Assembly: GCA_019739335.1 (NCBI GenBank)
Contig: CP073261.1
Coordinates: 996,818 to 1,060,817 of the forward strand
Length of the DNA: 64,000 nt
Source of the DNA: Erythrobacter sp.
Lineage (GTDB): Bacteria; Pseudomonadota; Alphaproteobacteria; Sphingomonadales; Sphingomonadaceae
Reading direction: 5' to 3'
Below the pieces are notes generated by a model. The model was not told the origin of the DNA. It was given only the letters and a program-made list of their open reading frames with translations, and did no database searches. Of this stretch, positions 1 to 9,464 are shown in pieces; position 1 is the first letter of the stretch; each line of letters opens with the position of its first letter. The position numbers and the translations under genes were made by a program.

Positions 1-363
1 CTTGACCTGTTCCACCGCGATGCCCGCCGCGGGTCGCGCTGGCTCGGCCTGCATCCGCGCGAATTCGGGCTGATCTGGCGGCTGGCGGACACGCCGGGGG
101 AGCGGGTAACGCGGCGGCAATTGCTGCAGGACGTGTGGCGGATCAATCACGAGCCGGAAACCAACAGCGTCGAAGTCCACGTCTCCCGCCTGCGCTCCAA
201 GCTGGCCGGGGCGGGCTGCGAGGGGCTGGTCGCCACCGCCACCGAGGGCGGTTACCGGCTCACCCAACCCGAACAATTCATGCTCGCAAAGGAGCCGCCC
301 GCAGCCGACGCGCTGGATGCCTATCTGCACGATCTCGGTTGGCTGAAGGAGCCTTCTGCCTGA
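1..363 (+). CDS. OmpR-type winged-helix DNA-binding protein / response regulator C-terminus (5' end outside window)
   Basis: Frame 1 is open from base 1: LDLFHRDARRGSRWLGLHPREFGLIWRLADTPGERVTRRQLLQDVW...TNSVEVHVSRLRSKL...EGGYRL, a typical Trans_reg_C pattern. Confidence 0.85.
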   Translation, partial: LDLFHRDARRGSRWLGLHPREFGLIWRLADTPGERVTRRQLLQDVWRINHEPETNSVEVHVSRLRSKLAGAGCEGLVATATEGGYRLTQPEQFMLAKEPPAADALDAYLHDLGWLKEPSA

Positions 364-432
364 TTGGGACTGGCGCGCCGTGGCGATGACGGTTAGGCTG
401 CCGGACAAAATCAATCTGGGGAGCAGGTTCAG

Positions 433-1839
433 ATGGCGTCGTCGCCGCAATCCACGCCGGGATCCACGCTGGACGTGTCGCGATTCCTGCAGGAATTGCC
501 CTTCTCCCGCTATCATTTCACGATCCTGATCCTGTGCAGCCTGGTCACCTTTTTCGACGGACAGGATTTCGCCGCGCTCACCTATGCCTTGCCCTACCTG
601 CGCGAAGACATGGCGCTGGACGACACGATGACCGGCTATGTCAGTTCGGCGGCCTTCCTGGGGCAGATGATCGGCTCGCTGGTGGGTTCCTACCTGGGGG
701 ACATGTTCGGGCGGCGGCCGGTCATCATCTGGTGTACCCTTGGCAGTGCGGTAATGACCGTGCTGGTGGGCTTTGCCGGATCGCCCGAAGCACTGATCGT
801 GTTGCGCTTCGTTTCCGGCCTCGCCATCGGCGGGCTGCTCGCACCGGTCTGGTCGCTGAGCATCGAATCGATGCCGAAATCGATGCGCGCCACCAGCGTG
901 ACGATCATCATGATGGGCTTTTCCTTCGGCGGAGCCTCGTCCGCGCCGATTGCCAACTGGGTCGCCCCGGTGCTTGGCTGGCAAGGCATCTTCTGGGTCT
1001 GCGGCGCGATGACCGGGGTATTCGCGCTGATCCTGCTGTTCACCCTGCCGGAAAGCACGAGGTGGATGGTGGCCAAGGGCAAGCCGGCCAGCAAGATCGC
1101 CCCCGCCCTCGCCCGCTTTTCGCCCAAGCTGGATGCCAGCGCCTATACGGCTTTCGAACTGTCGGACGAACGCAAGACGACCACCAGCGCCAATCCCATC
1201 CGCAAGATGCGCGAACTGTTCGTCGGCGCGATGCTGATCGTCACTCCGCTGATATGGGCGGCCTATTTCTTCTCCAGCTTCGCCATGTATCTCAAGAGCT
1301 CCTACGGCGTGATCTTCATGGAAAACCTCGGCATGGCGCGCACCGATGCGGCCTGGCTGGGCGCGGCCTCGGGCATTCTCGGCGCGATCGGCGGGGTAGC
1401 GCTGCTGGCGCTGACCGAAAAGCGTGGACCGGGCTGGATTGCTTTTGCGCCCATCGTTGCGCTGCCCTTCACGCTGCTGGTGGGGCTTGGCTATGTGCTG
1501 GGCGAATCTTGGCTGTTCGTGCCGGTGCTGCTGATCGGGGCGACGCTGGTGGGTGCGGGCCATGCTGCGGTGATTTCCATCACCAGCGTCTATTACCCCA
1601 GCGCGGTGCGCGCGACGGGCGGCGGCTGGGCCAGCTTCATGGCGAAGTTTGCTGCCGTGGCCGCTCCCAATATCGGCGCGGCGGCGGGTTTCCTGCAAGG
1701 GACGCAAGGGGCGATGGACGGCTATGTCTTCACCGCCTTCTGCCTTGCCGGGATCGCCGTGTGCATCCTCGCGCTCGCCTGGTTTGCAAGGGGCCTGCGG
1801 GCGGCCGAGACGCCCGCCATCGCCCAACCCGCTCAATAA
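433..1839 (+). CDS. MFS transporter, aromatic acid:H+ symporter (PcaK/BenK-like) family
   Basis: About 12 hydrophobic segments; FFDGQD in TM1, GDMFGRRP loop motif, PES motif. Confidence 0.85.
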   Translation: MASSPQSTPGSTLDVSRFLQELPFSRYHFTILILCSLVTFFDGQDFAALTYALPYLREDMALDDTMTGYVSSAAFLGQMIGSLVGSYLGDMFGRRPVIIWCTLGSAVMTVLVGFAGSPEALIVLRFVSGLAIGGLLAPVWSLSIESMPKSMRATSVTIIMMGFSFGGASSAPIANWVAPVLGWQGIFWVCGAMTGVFALILLFTLPESTRWMVAKGKPASKIAPALARFSPKLDASAYTAFELSDERKTTTSANPIRKMRELFVGAMLIVTPLIWAAYFFSSFAMYLKSSYGVIFMENLGMARTDAAWLGAASGILGAIGGVALLALTEKRGPGWIAFAPIVALPFTLLVGLGYVLGESWLFVPVLLIGATLVGAGHAAVISITSVYYPSAVRATGGGWASFMAKFAAVAAPNIGAAAGFLQGTQGAMDGYVFTAFCLAGIAVCILALAWFARGLRAAETPAIAQPAQ

Positions 1840-1848
1840 GGAAATCCC

Positions 1849-3510
1849 ATGGTAACCCTGCGCTCGCTCGCCGCCAACAATCCCGGTCGCCGTGCCAACT
1901 GGCGGGCGCTGGGGCTTTCGCCGGAGGACATGCTCAAGCCCAAGATCGCAGTGGTCAATTCCTCCAGCGAACTGGCGATCTGCTACGCACATCTCGATGG
2001 CATCGCCAAGATGGTGAAGGAAGAAATCCGCGCGGCGGGCGGCGTGCCGTTCGAGGTGCGCACTGCCGCTCCGTCGGACTTCATCACCGGCGCGGCCAAG
2101 GCGGGCTCCTACATCCTCGCAGGACGCGACATCATCGCCAACGATATCGAGGTGCAGGTGGAAGCCGCGCTGCTCGACGGGATGATCTGCCTCACGTCCT
2201 GCGACAAGACCCCGCCGGGCCACCTGATGGCGGCGGCACGGCTGAACATTCCCACCATCCTGGTGATCGGCGGGTACCAGCAGGCGGGCGAGATCGACGG
2301 CGAGCCGGTGGACGTAGAGGATGTCTGGTCGGGCCAGGTTGGGGCGATGTTCGGCAACGAGCCGAAATTCCCGATCCCGCTGATGGCCGAGAACGCGATC
2401 ATGGGCCCCGGCGTCTGCGCCGGCATGGCGACGGCGAACACCATGCATTGCGTGGTCGAGGCGCTTGGCATGGCGCTTCCCGGCCACGCCCCGGTGCGCG
2501 GCAATTCGCCCAGGATGCAGGCCAACGCCCGCGCGGCGGGGCGCCGGATCGTCGCGATGGTGCACGAAGACCTGCGCCCCCGGCAGATCCTCACCGAAGC
2601 CGCCTTCCGCAATGCTGTCGCCACCGTGCTGGCGGTCAGCGGCTCGATCAACGCGATCAAGCATTTGCAGGCCACCGCAGTGGAAGCAGAAAACGGCGTC
2701 GATGTCTTCGCGCTGTGGGAGGAAATGAGCGACGTGCCGGTGCTCTCCGCCGTGCGCCCGACAGGTGCGGTGCGGATCGAGCAATTCGAGGATGCGGGCG
2801 GAGCGCGCGCCACCCTTAAGCGGCTGCTGCCGCGCATTTCGGGCGAGGCGTTGACGGTGACGGGGCGAACACTGGCGGAAAACCTCGCCGGTTATGAGAT
2901 CGAAGGGCCGGACGTGATCCATCCGATGGAGGACCCCGTCGGCCCCGGCCCCGCCATTGCCATCCTGCGCGGCACCATGGCCGATACGGCCGTTGTCCGG
3001 CTCGGCATCCGCGACGGTTCGCGGTTGGAGGAATTCACCGGCACAGCGCGGGTGTTCGAGGATACCCACGCCTGCATGGCGGCCATCGCAGCGGGCGAGA
3101 TCAAGGACGGGGACGTGGTCATCAGCCGCAACCAGGGGTTGAAAGGCGGCCCGGCGATGGGCGGCGGGGCGAGCCTTATCCTGTTCGCGCTCGATGCAGC
3201 CGGGCTGGCGAAGACCACCGCCTTTGTGACTGACGGCCAGCTTTCAGGCCTGTGCCTGAAGGGCCTGACCGTGGCCGAAGTCTCGCCCGAAGCGGCAGCG
3301 GATGGTTCCCCTATCGGGCTGGTCCGGGACGGCGATACGGTGCGCATTTCGGTAGCCAACCGCAGCCTCGATCTCGATGTCCCGGCAACCGAACTGGCGC
3401 AGCGCACCGGCCCCGGTTATCGCACCGGTGCGACCGGTTATCTGGCAAACTTCCGCGAAGCCGTGCGGCCAATGCGCACGGGCGGGGTGTTGCGGCCGGA
3501 AAGCTGCTGA
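1849..3510 (+). CDS. Dihydroxy-acid / sugar-acid dehydratase (IlvD/Edd family)
   Basis: CYAHL, SCDKT, GPGVCAGMATANTM (three Fe-S Cys), GSINAIKHL, TDGQLSG, VAEVSPEAA. Confidence 0.9.
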   Translation: MVTLRSLAANNPGRRANWRALGLSPEDMLKPKIAVVNSSSELAICYAHLDGIAKMVKEEIRAAGGVPFEVRTAAPSDFITGAAKAGSYILAGRDIIANDIEVQVEAALLDGMICLTSCDKTPPGHLMAAARLNIPTILVIGGYQQAGEIDGEPVDVEDVWSGQVGAMFGNEPKFPIPLMAENAIMGPGVCAGMATANTMHCVVEALGMALPGHAPVRGNSPRMQANARAAGRRIVAMVHEDLRPRQILTEAAFRNAVATVLAVSGSINAIKHLQATAVEAENGVDVFALWEEMSDVPVLSAVRPTGAVRIEQFEDAGGARATLKRLLPRISGEALTVTGRTLAENLAGYEIEGPDVIHPMEDPVGPGPAIAILRGTMADTAVVRLGIRDGSRLEEFTGTARVFEDTHACMAAIAAGEIKDGDVVISRNQGLKGGPAMGGGASLILFALDAAGLAKTTAFVTDGQLSGLCLKGLTVAEVSPEAAADGSPIGLVRDGDTVRISVANRSLDLDVPATELAQRTGPGYRTGATGYLANFREAVRPMRTGGVLRPESC

Positions 3511-3512
3511 GC

Positions 3513-3830
3513 CTACCGCACCACCAGCGCATCGAACTTGTCGAACACCGTTTCGTGCAGCGGCTGTTCGAAAGCGATTCCGGCACGGCCGTCTTCGATC
3601 CACACCAGTTCGCCGGGTTGCGCGGAAAGGCCCGGCAGCGTCACCAGCATCCGTTCCCCCGGCGTGCCCGCCCAGCCTCGCGCTTCCACCATCGCCCCGC
3701 CAATCGAAAGGTCGAGCACTTCGAGATCGGCGCTGTTGCCCCGGCGTGATCGGCACTTGATCCGCAGTGCCTGCCGTTCATGCAATGCCGCCGAAACCAT
3801 TCGCGCGCTCCTTGGGGGGTGAGTCGGCAA
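3513..3830 (-). CDS. PilZ domain protein
   Basis: RQALR and DLSIGG motifs, WIEDGRAGIAF; start uncertain. Confidence 0.8.
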   Translation of the reverse strand: MPTHPPRSARMVSAALHERQALRIKCRSRRGNSADLEVLDLSIGGAMVEARGWAGTPGERMLVTLPGLSAQPGELVWIEDGRAGIAFEQPLHETVFDKFDALVVR

Positions 3831-3894
3831 ACTAGGGCGGCAATGGTTTACCCCGGCCTACCGGAAAGGGTAAATGCATCTTGAGCGAACAGGG

Positions 3895-5376
3895 TTAATG
3901 CGCCGGAACCGCCTGCTCTGCCTGCGCCGCTGCCACCACCGCATCGTCGTGCAAATGCGCCCCCTGCTCACGCAGCACCTTGCGGATTGCATCGATCGGG
4001 ACCGCGCGCGGCTGAATGTCCAAATCCACCGCCAGCGCCGCGCCCACACCTGCCGCGTGCCCGGTCAGCCAGCATTGGGGGATCTCGCGCATGAAGCCGT
4101 GGCTGTTGGCATCGCAGCTGATGTGCCGCCCGCCCACCAGCAGCCCGTCGAGCGCGCGCGGAACCAGCGATCCGTAGGGCACCGAGACAACCGGGAACTT
4201 GGGGCTGATCGACGGTGATACCCCAACTTCATCCGGCACCGGTGTGCCGTCGCTCCAGTCCTTGCGCTCGATCCGCCCGACCCCCGCCAGCCGCCGCGTG
4301 TGGCGCACGCCCAGCTGGCTGGCGCTTTGCAGCGAATAGACCTGCTCGAACCCCGGCGCGTGGCGGCGGAAGAACTGGCAGTGGCCTTCCATCAGCCGAT
4401 GGCTGCGGATTTCCACCTCGGTCTGGTCATCGACGTCCAGCGCCGAAAGCCCGCTCTGCCGGGGCCCAAGGAACAGCGCGATATCGGGCCGCCAGCTGAC
4501 ATAGGGGGTCTGGAAATAGCCCAGCTCCGCCCGCCCGCGCTCCATGAACTGGCGCAATTCGTCAGGGTGATGGACTTTCCAGTCGATCCAACGGTCCATG
4601 TCCACCCCGCCCAGCACCCAGCCGGTGTTCATCGAATGGTGGACATCGCCTTCCTCGATATCGGTATCGAACTGCGCGCCCGCGCGGGCGAACATGTCGC
4701 CATCGCCGGTGGTATCGACCACCACCTTGGCGAGCAACGCCTGCCGCCCCGCCTTGCTTTCGAAAATCGCGCCCTTGGCAACGCCGTCTTCCACCAAAGG
4801 CCGCGCGGCCCAGGCATGGAAGACGATCCGCACCCCAGCCTCGAGCAGCATTTCCTGGTTGTTGAGCTTCATCCGCTCCGGATCGAGCGTCGGCGCCCAT
4901 TGCACCACGCCATGGAAGGCCGTGGTGCGCTGCCCCCAGTAGGCCGCCTTGACCGGATCGCGGCTGCCCCAGTCGGCGCGCGGCGGCCCGGCTATGCCTT
5001 CTGCCGGCATCCGTTCGATAAAGTGGCGCGCGAAGCCCTGGATTACGTGGTTGCCCGCCCAGTCGGTCATCCGGTCGATCCACATCACCAGTCCGCCAGT
5101 CGAAAGCCCGCCAAGGCAGTTGTAGCGTTCGAGCAGGCACACATCCGCCCCCGCCTTCGCCGCCGCCCAGGCCGCCGCGCAGCCTGCCGGACCTCCCCCG
5201 ATCACCGCCACGTCGCACTCGTGATAGATCGCGATATCGCGCGCCTCTTCGCGGAGTGTTCCTGTGCCGTTCGGCGGCGGCAGGTTGCGCGAATCGCTGG
5301 AGAACACGTCCGAGCCGAGGAAGCGATCCTCGCGGTGCCCCTCGACCTGCTGCAATTTGACTTTGTCCTGACTCAT
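3895..5376 (-). CDS. FAD-dependent oxidoreductase (FAD_oxidored family)
   Basis: VIGGGPAG, LGGLSTGG, VVDTTGDGD, VPYGSLVP, LLVGGRHIS, GHAAGVGAAL. Confidence 0.85.
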   Translation of the reverse strand: MSQDKVKLQQVEGHREDRFLGSDVFSSDSRNLPPPNGTGTLREEARDIAIYHECDVAVIGGGPAGCAAAWAAAKAGADVCLLERYNCLGGLSTGGLVMWIDRMTDWAGNHVIQGFARHFIERMPAEGIAGPPRADWGSRDPVKAAYWGQRTTAFHGVVQWAPTLDPERMKLNNQEMLLEAGVRIVFHAWAARPLVEDGVAKGAIFESKAGRQALLAKVVVDTTGDGDMFARAGAQFDTDIEEGDVHHSMNTGWVLGGVDMDRWIDWKVHHPDELRQFMERGRAELGYFQTPYVSWRPDIALFLGPRQSGLSALDVDDQTEVEIRSHRLMEGHCQFFRRHAPGFEQVYSLQSASQLGVRHTRRLAGVGRIERKDWSDGTPVPDEVGVSPSISPKFPVVSVPYGSLVPRALDGLLVGGRHISCDANSHGFMREIPQCWLTGHAAGVGAALAVDLDIQPRAVPIDAIRKVLREQGAHLHDDAVVAAAQAEQAVPAH

Positions 5377-5460
5377 CCCCTGCGTCTATCGCCGCGCGCC
5401 AAGCTGCGCAAGGAAGGCCATTGCGCCCCCGTCCCTTGTGGGCTAGGTGGCGCGCCTTCC

Positions 5461-5534
5461 GGCCCGATGGCGGAGTGGTTACGCAGAGGACTGCAAATCC
5501 TTGCACGCCGGTTCGATTCCGGCTCGGGCCTCCA
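5461..5534 (+). tRNA. trnC: tRNA-Cys(GCA)
   Basis: Cloverleaf GGCCCGA...TCGGGCC-T-CCA; anticodon loop CTGCAAA; T-loop GTTCGAT. Confidence 0.97.
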
Positions 5535-5595
5535 TTCCCTGCTGACAAATGGCGTTGCGGCCCGGCCCCAGCGCGATTAAGGGCCGGGTTCGGGA

Positions 5596-5671
5596 GCCGC
5601 TTTAGCTCAGTTGGTAGAGCATCGCATTCGTAATGCGGGGGTCACAGGTTCGAGTCCTGTAAGCGGCACCA
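5596..5671 (+). tRNA. trnT: tRNA-Thr(CGT)
   Basis: GCCGCTT...AAGCGGC-A-CCA; D-arm AGCTCAGTTGGTAGAGC; anticodon loop TTCGTAA; GGTTCGAGTCC. Confidence 0.97.
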
Positions 5672-5783
5672 TCGACATATGTTCCCTTGCCGGTGCTGTG
5701 CTTCCCTTGGGGTCGGCATTGCAAGGGGGATATTTACCGCGGATGGCTTGCCCGCACGCCGCAGTTGGGGAATTCCAACGCAT

Positions 5784-6338
5784 ATGGCTATTCTTTCAGA
5801 CAAATGGATTCGCGAACAGGCGCAGACTGCGGGGATGATCGAGCCCTTCGTCGAAAGCCAGCGGCGTGAGGGGTGCATTTCGTACGGTCTCAGTTCCTTC
5901 GGCTATGACGCGCGGGTTGCGGACGAGTTCAAGATCTTCACCAATGTGAATTCTGCCGTGGTCGATCCGAAAAACTTCGACGGTGACAGCTTGGTCGATC
6001 GCAAGACCGATGTCTGCATCATCCCGCCCAACAGTTTCGCCCTGGCCCGAACCGTGGAGTATTTCCGCATTCCGGACGACGTTCTGGTGATCTGCCTTGG
6101 CAAGAGCACCTATGCCCGTTGCGGCATCATCGTCAATGTCACCCCGCTAGAACCGGGTTGGGAAGGGCATGTGACGCTGGAGTTCTCCAACACCACCCCG
6201 CTGCCAGCGAAGATCTACGCCAATGAAGGGGCGTGCCAGTTCCTGTTCCTGCAGGGCAACGAGAGGCCCGAAGTGACCTATGCCGACCGGGCAGGCAAAT
6301 ATATGGGCCAGCGCGGAGTGACACTGCCGCGCCTGTGA
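5784..6338 (+). CDS. dcd: dCTP deaminase
   Basis: [40 protein letters not shown]; start placed at the Met of MAILSD, not the ORF-track start 5679. Confidence 0.97.
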   Translation: MAILSDKWIREQAQTAGMIEPFVESQRREGCISYGLSSFGYDARVADEFKIFTNVNSAVVDPKNFDGDSLVDRKTDVCIIPPNSFALARTVEYFRIPDDVLVICLGKSTYARCGIIVNVTPLEPGWEGHVTLEFSNTTPLPAKIYANEGACQFLFLQGNERPEVTYADRAGKYMGQRGVTLPRL

Positions 6339-6349
6339 GGGAGCACGCC

Positions 6350-6946
6350 ATGCCGACAATCGAGGACCTGCTCGCCCGCATCGAAGCACTGGAAAGCCGT
6401 GCTTCCGACGCGGAGGCCTATCGCGATATCTGCAACTTGCAGGCGGCCTATGGCTACTATGTCGACAAGGGGATGTGGGACAAGGCGGCGGATCTGTTCG
6501 CCAGTGGCGGCACACTGGAGATCGCCGGTCGCGGGGTTTACGTCGGGCGGGAACGGGTGCGCGCCTACCTCCACTGCCTGCCCGCATATGGCGACGGGAC
6601 AATCTTCAACCACATGCAGTTGCAACCGGTGCTGCATATCGATGCACAGGCGGGAACGGCAAGGGGGCGCTGGCGCACCCTGATGATGGTCGGCTTCGTC
6701 GGTCGCGAGGGGCGCTGGGGGGAGGCGACCTACGAAAACGCCTATGTCGTCGAACATGGCAAATGGCGCATCGCTTCGCTGCACGGAATCATCAACTTCT
6801 ACGCCGAATATGACGAAGGTTGGCACCGCGGCGGAGTGCCGCTGCTGCGTTCGACCGACGGGCTAGAGCCTGACCGCCCGCAGTCCTTCGAATATGAGGC
6901 GCACCCGAAAGCCGTGATCGCCCCATTCCACTACGACGAGGTATGA
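6350..6946 (+). CDS. NTF2/SnoaL-like domain protein
   Basis: ICNLQAAYGYYVDKGMWD, NHMQLQPV, WGEATYENAYV...WRIASL; GGGAG upstream of ATG 6350. Confidence 0.8.
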   Translation: MPTIEDLLARIEALESRASDAEAYRDICNLQAAYGYYVDKGMWDKAADLFASGGTLEIAGRGVYVGRERVRAYLHCLPAYGDGTIFNHMQLQPVLHIDAQAGTARGRWRTLMMVGFVGREGRWGEATYENAYVVEHGKWRIASLHGIINFYAEYDEGWHRGGVPLLRSTDGLEPDRPQSFEYEAHPKAVIAPFHYDEV

Positions 6947-6972
6947 CGCTGTCCCGACGGTCGCCGGGTGCC

Positions 6973-7215
6973 TTATTCCGCCGCTGTATCGGCTTCCGGG
7001 TCAGCGGGCACTTCTTCGGGCGGGACGCTGGTCATCTCGGTTTCGGGAAGATCGACCGGCACTTCGCCTTCGACCGGCTCGCGCACCTGGATCTCGCCGC
7101 CGCCCAGATCCTCGACATCGGCTTCGTAGGCGGTGTTTTCCTCGGATTCGCCACAGGCGGCGAGCGGCAGGGCCAGCACGGCTAGGGCAAGAACGGGTCC
7201 GGTCAGTTTCGACAT
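6973..7215 (-). CDS. Small acidic lipoprotein (80 aa)
   Basis: MSKLTGPVLALAVLALPLAAC lipobox; AAGGAG upstream; Glu/Pro-rich mature part. Confidence 0.75.
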   Translation of the reverse strand: MSKLTGPVLALAVLALPLAACGESEENTAYEADVEDLGGGEIQVREPVEGEVPVDLPETEMTSVPPEEVPADPEADTAAE

Positions 7216-7338
7216 CGCAGGTCTCCTTGGCAGATGCCGGCAGTGTAGCGTCCGTGGCGGAGCATACAAGCGGCGCGCGGGGGAATCGGGGCGGATTGGC
7301 CCTGCCCTTCCGCGCGATAACTCGCTAGGCTCCGCGCC

Positions 7339-8004
7339 ATGAACCAGCGCCCCCTTGCCCTCGCCCCGCTCCTCATCGCCCCCCTTGCGCTCGGATTGGC
7401 CGCCTGTGCCAGCACGCCCGACTTGCCCGCGCTGCCTCCGTCGCAGGAGGCGTTCTGGAGCGCGCTGGAAAGCCATTGTAACGATTCGGGGGGCGGCAAT
7501 GCCTATGCGGGCTCCCTCGCCAGCAGCGATGAGCGCGATGCGGACATGGCGGGCAAGGCCATGCTGGCACACTGGGCCGAGTGCAGCCCCACGCGGATCG
7601 CCGTCGCCTTCCACATTGCCGATTCCAGCGCGCCCGGCGGGTGGGACCGCAGCCGCACGTGGGTCATCACCCGCACGGGTGACGGCCTGCGCCTCAAGCA
7701 CGATCACCGCCATGCGGATGGCAGCGAGGACGAAGTGACGCAGTACGGCGGCGATACGCTCAGCAGCGGCACCGCGCGGGTGCAGGATTTCCCGGTGGAC
7801 GCCTACTCGATCGCCATGTTCGAGCGGCTGGGGATGGATGTTTCCACCACCAATGTCTGGCGCGCGGAAGTCGACCCGGCGGGCACCCGCGGCGCGCGCT
7901 TCGCCTACCAGCTCACCCGCCGCAACGATCCGACCCGGCTGTTCCGCGTGGAGTTCGACGCCAGCCGCCCGGTCGCCCCACCCCCGCCCGCCTGGGGCTG
8001 GTGA
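7339..8004 (+). CDS. Putative lipoprotein, hypothetical
   Basis: LGLAAC lipobox; LRLKHDHRHADG...VTQYGG conserved-looking core. Confidence 0.75.
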   Translation: MNQRPLALAPLLIAPLALGLAACASTPDLPALPPSQEAFWSALESHCNDSGGGNAYAGSLASSDERDADMAGKAMLAHWAECSPTRIAVAFHIADSSAPGGWDRSRTWVITRTGDGLRLKHDHRHADGSEDEVTQYGGDTLSSGTARVQDFPVDAYSIAMFERLGMDVSTTNVWRAEVDPAGTRGARFAYQLTRRNDPTRLFRVEFDASRPVAPPPPAWGW

Positions 8005-8026
8005 GCCTGCCGAACCCGCGAACCGC

Positions 8027-8320
8027 CTAGTCGAAAATCTCGCTCAGCCAGTGCTTGGGCTTCTTGTGCTGGCGGGTGCCGTGGCCGAAGCCGGAATGGC
8101 CCTGCCCGCCGTGGCGCGCATATTCGGGGGCGGGGCGCTGCGGAGCCTGCGCCGCCTGCGGCGCGCTGCGCTCGACGATCTTGTCCAGCTCGCCGCGATC
8201 GAGCCACACCCCGCGGCACTGCGGGCAGTAATCGATCTCGATCCCCTGCCGGTCGCTCATCGCCAGCGGCACGCGGCAGACGGGGCATGGCATGGCGGCG
8301 ACTTCGGCTTCGGTGCGCAT
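8027..8320 (-). CDS. zf-TFIIB-like zinc-ribbon protein
   Basis: CPVC...EIDYCPQCRGVWLDRGELDKI; C-terminal WLSEIFD. Confidence 0.85.
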   Translation of the reverse strand: MRTEAEVAAMPCPVCRVPLAMSDRQGIEIDYCPQCRGVWLDRGELDKIVERSAPQAAQAPQRPAPEYARHGGQGHSGFGHGTRQHKKPKHWLSEIFD

Positions 8321-8400
8321 GGGATACTCTCTCTCGGTTGATTGTCGTCGCTAGATGGCGCTTCCGGACGGCGGTTCAAGCCGTGCCGGTGGCGCACAGC

Positions 8401-8433
8401 AAAGCGGCCGCCTCCTTTCCAGGAAGCGGCCGC
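8401..8433 (-). terminator. Probable intrinsic terminator after the Gln/Gly-rich ORF
   Basis: Stem GCGGCCGCCTCCT / AGGAAGCGGCCGC, followed by TTT on the minus strand. Confidence 0.55.
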
Positions 8434-8474
8434 CGCGCGCGACAAGGTGGGGTGGAACCGCGCGCGTTACGCAA

Positions 8475-8762
8475 TCAGCGCTGGTTCTGGCCGGAGCCGC
8501 CCTGCTGGCCGGACTGGCCGCCCTGCTGTTCCTGCTGGCCGCCGCCCTGCGACTGCCCGGACTGGCCACCCTGGCGCTGGCGATCGGAGTCCTGCTGCTG
8601 CTGCTGCTGCTGGCCCGACTGACCGGCCTGTCCGGCACCCGGCTGGGTGCCCTGCTGGCCGCCCTGCTGGTTACGCTCCTGCTCCATCTGGCGGTTGCGA
8701 TCCTGCTCGCTTCCGCCCTGGCCGCCCTGTTGATTGCGGTTCTGGTCCTGGTTGTGGTCCAT
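8475..8762 (-). CDS. Gln/Gly-rich low-complexity small protein (95 aa)
   Basis: GAGGAG upstream, terminator downstream; repeated QQGGQ/GQSGQ units. Confidence 0.75.
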   Translation of the reverse strand: MDHNQDQNRNQQGGQGGSEQDRNRQMEQERNQQGGQQGTQPGAGQAGQSGQQQQQQQDSDRQRQGGQSGQSQGGGQQEQQGGQSGQQGGSGQNQR

Positions 8763-8926
8763 GATAATTCTCCTCTCTCGATTGTGGCCGGAAAAACCCG
8801 GTCATGCCCTATCAAGCGCCGGGAGAGAGAGTCGTTTCCAGACCTGCGCCGAACCGCACGGATTCCGCGCCCAGTGACCGCCCAGTCACCGCCAAGTTAC
8901 CGAAATGGTGGAGAAATTGATCTGGG

Positions 8927-9182
8927 TTAGGCCGCAGCCCCGGCTTTGGCGAGCATCGCCGCGATCTCGTCCCCCAGGGCAAGCCGCTGCTTCTTGAGGC
9001 TTTCCGCATGGGCATCGCTGGTGGGTTCGATTTCGGTCTCGATCCGGTGGATCGCGCGGTTGACCGTGTGATACTCCTCCGCCAGCCGCGCGAAATGCGC
9101 GTCGCTGGTCTTGAGATCGTGGATCAGCGCGGCGCTTTCGGGAAATGCGTCGTGCAATTCGTGCGGGGTGTGCTGGGGACAT
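8927..9182 (-). pseudogene. YdcH/DUF465-family protein with an apparent +1 frameshift just after the start (real or sequencing error)
   Basis: HTPHELHDAFPE...HFARLAEEYHTVNRAIHRIE...LKKQRLALGDEI. The ATG at 9182 with an AAGGA RBS is one base out of frame across a CCCC run; deleting one C gives MSQHTPHEL. Confidence 0.6.
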
Positions 9183-9292
9183 CTGAGGTTCCTTCCGGTG
9201 GTGTGTGGGGAGGAGCCTAGGCGCGATTGCGGGCGGGGGATTTGCTTTGGGTCAAGGATGGGGGAGGGGAAAGGGGTGTTACCGAAGACAGG

Positions 9293-9392
9293 CCCACCCC
9301 TAACCGCTGGGGCTTCGCCCCCTCTTCGAGTCCCCGCCAGCGGGAGGGGGACCTGAACTCCCCTCCCGCTGGCGGGAGGGGCCGGGGGTGGG
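9293..9392. repeat. Left REP-doublet (REPIN-like) arm
   Basis: CCCACCCC...CCCCGCCAGCGGGAGGGG / CCCCTCCCGCTGGCGGGAGGGGCCGGGGGTGGG; internally palindromic. Confidence 0.85.
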
Positions 9393-9437
9393 AACGACAG
9401 CCCTAGCGATAGAAGCACCAAAAACCCCTTGCCAACA

Positions 9438-9452
9438 AAACAAACCAAGAAC
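9438..9452. promoter_or_regulatory. Alphaproteobacterial LexA (SOS) box-like site
   Basis: Minus strand GTTC-TTGGTTT-GTTT (GTTC-N7-GTTY), overlapping a TTGCCA...CATCAT promoter-like region before the DUF559 ATG. Confidence 0.6.
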
Positions 9453-9464
9453 ATCATTCCCAAT

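Noticed and set aside
534-2819. 761-aa alternative-frame ORF and many similar long overlapping ORFs (e.g. 16626-18263, 37613-39217, 45235-47919, 57739-59265)
   Set aside because: Shadow ORFs of high-GC coding sequence; Arg/Pro/Gly-rich, no motifs, and they overlap well-supported genes.
5596-5783. tRNA-Thr as an integration site
   Set aside because: No integrase nearby. The only echo of its 3' end that I found is a 9-nt match (GTAAGCGGC, about 30322), expected by chance.
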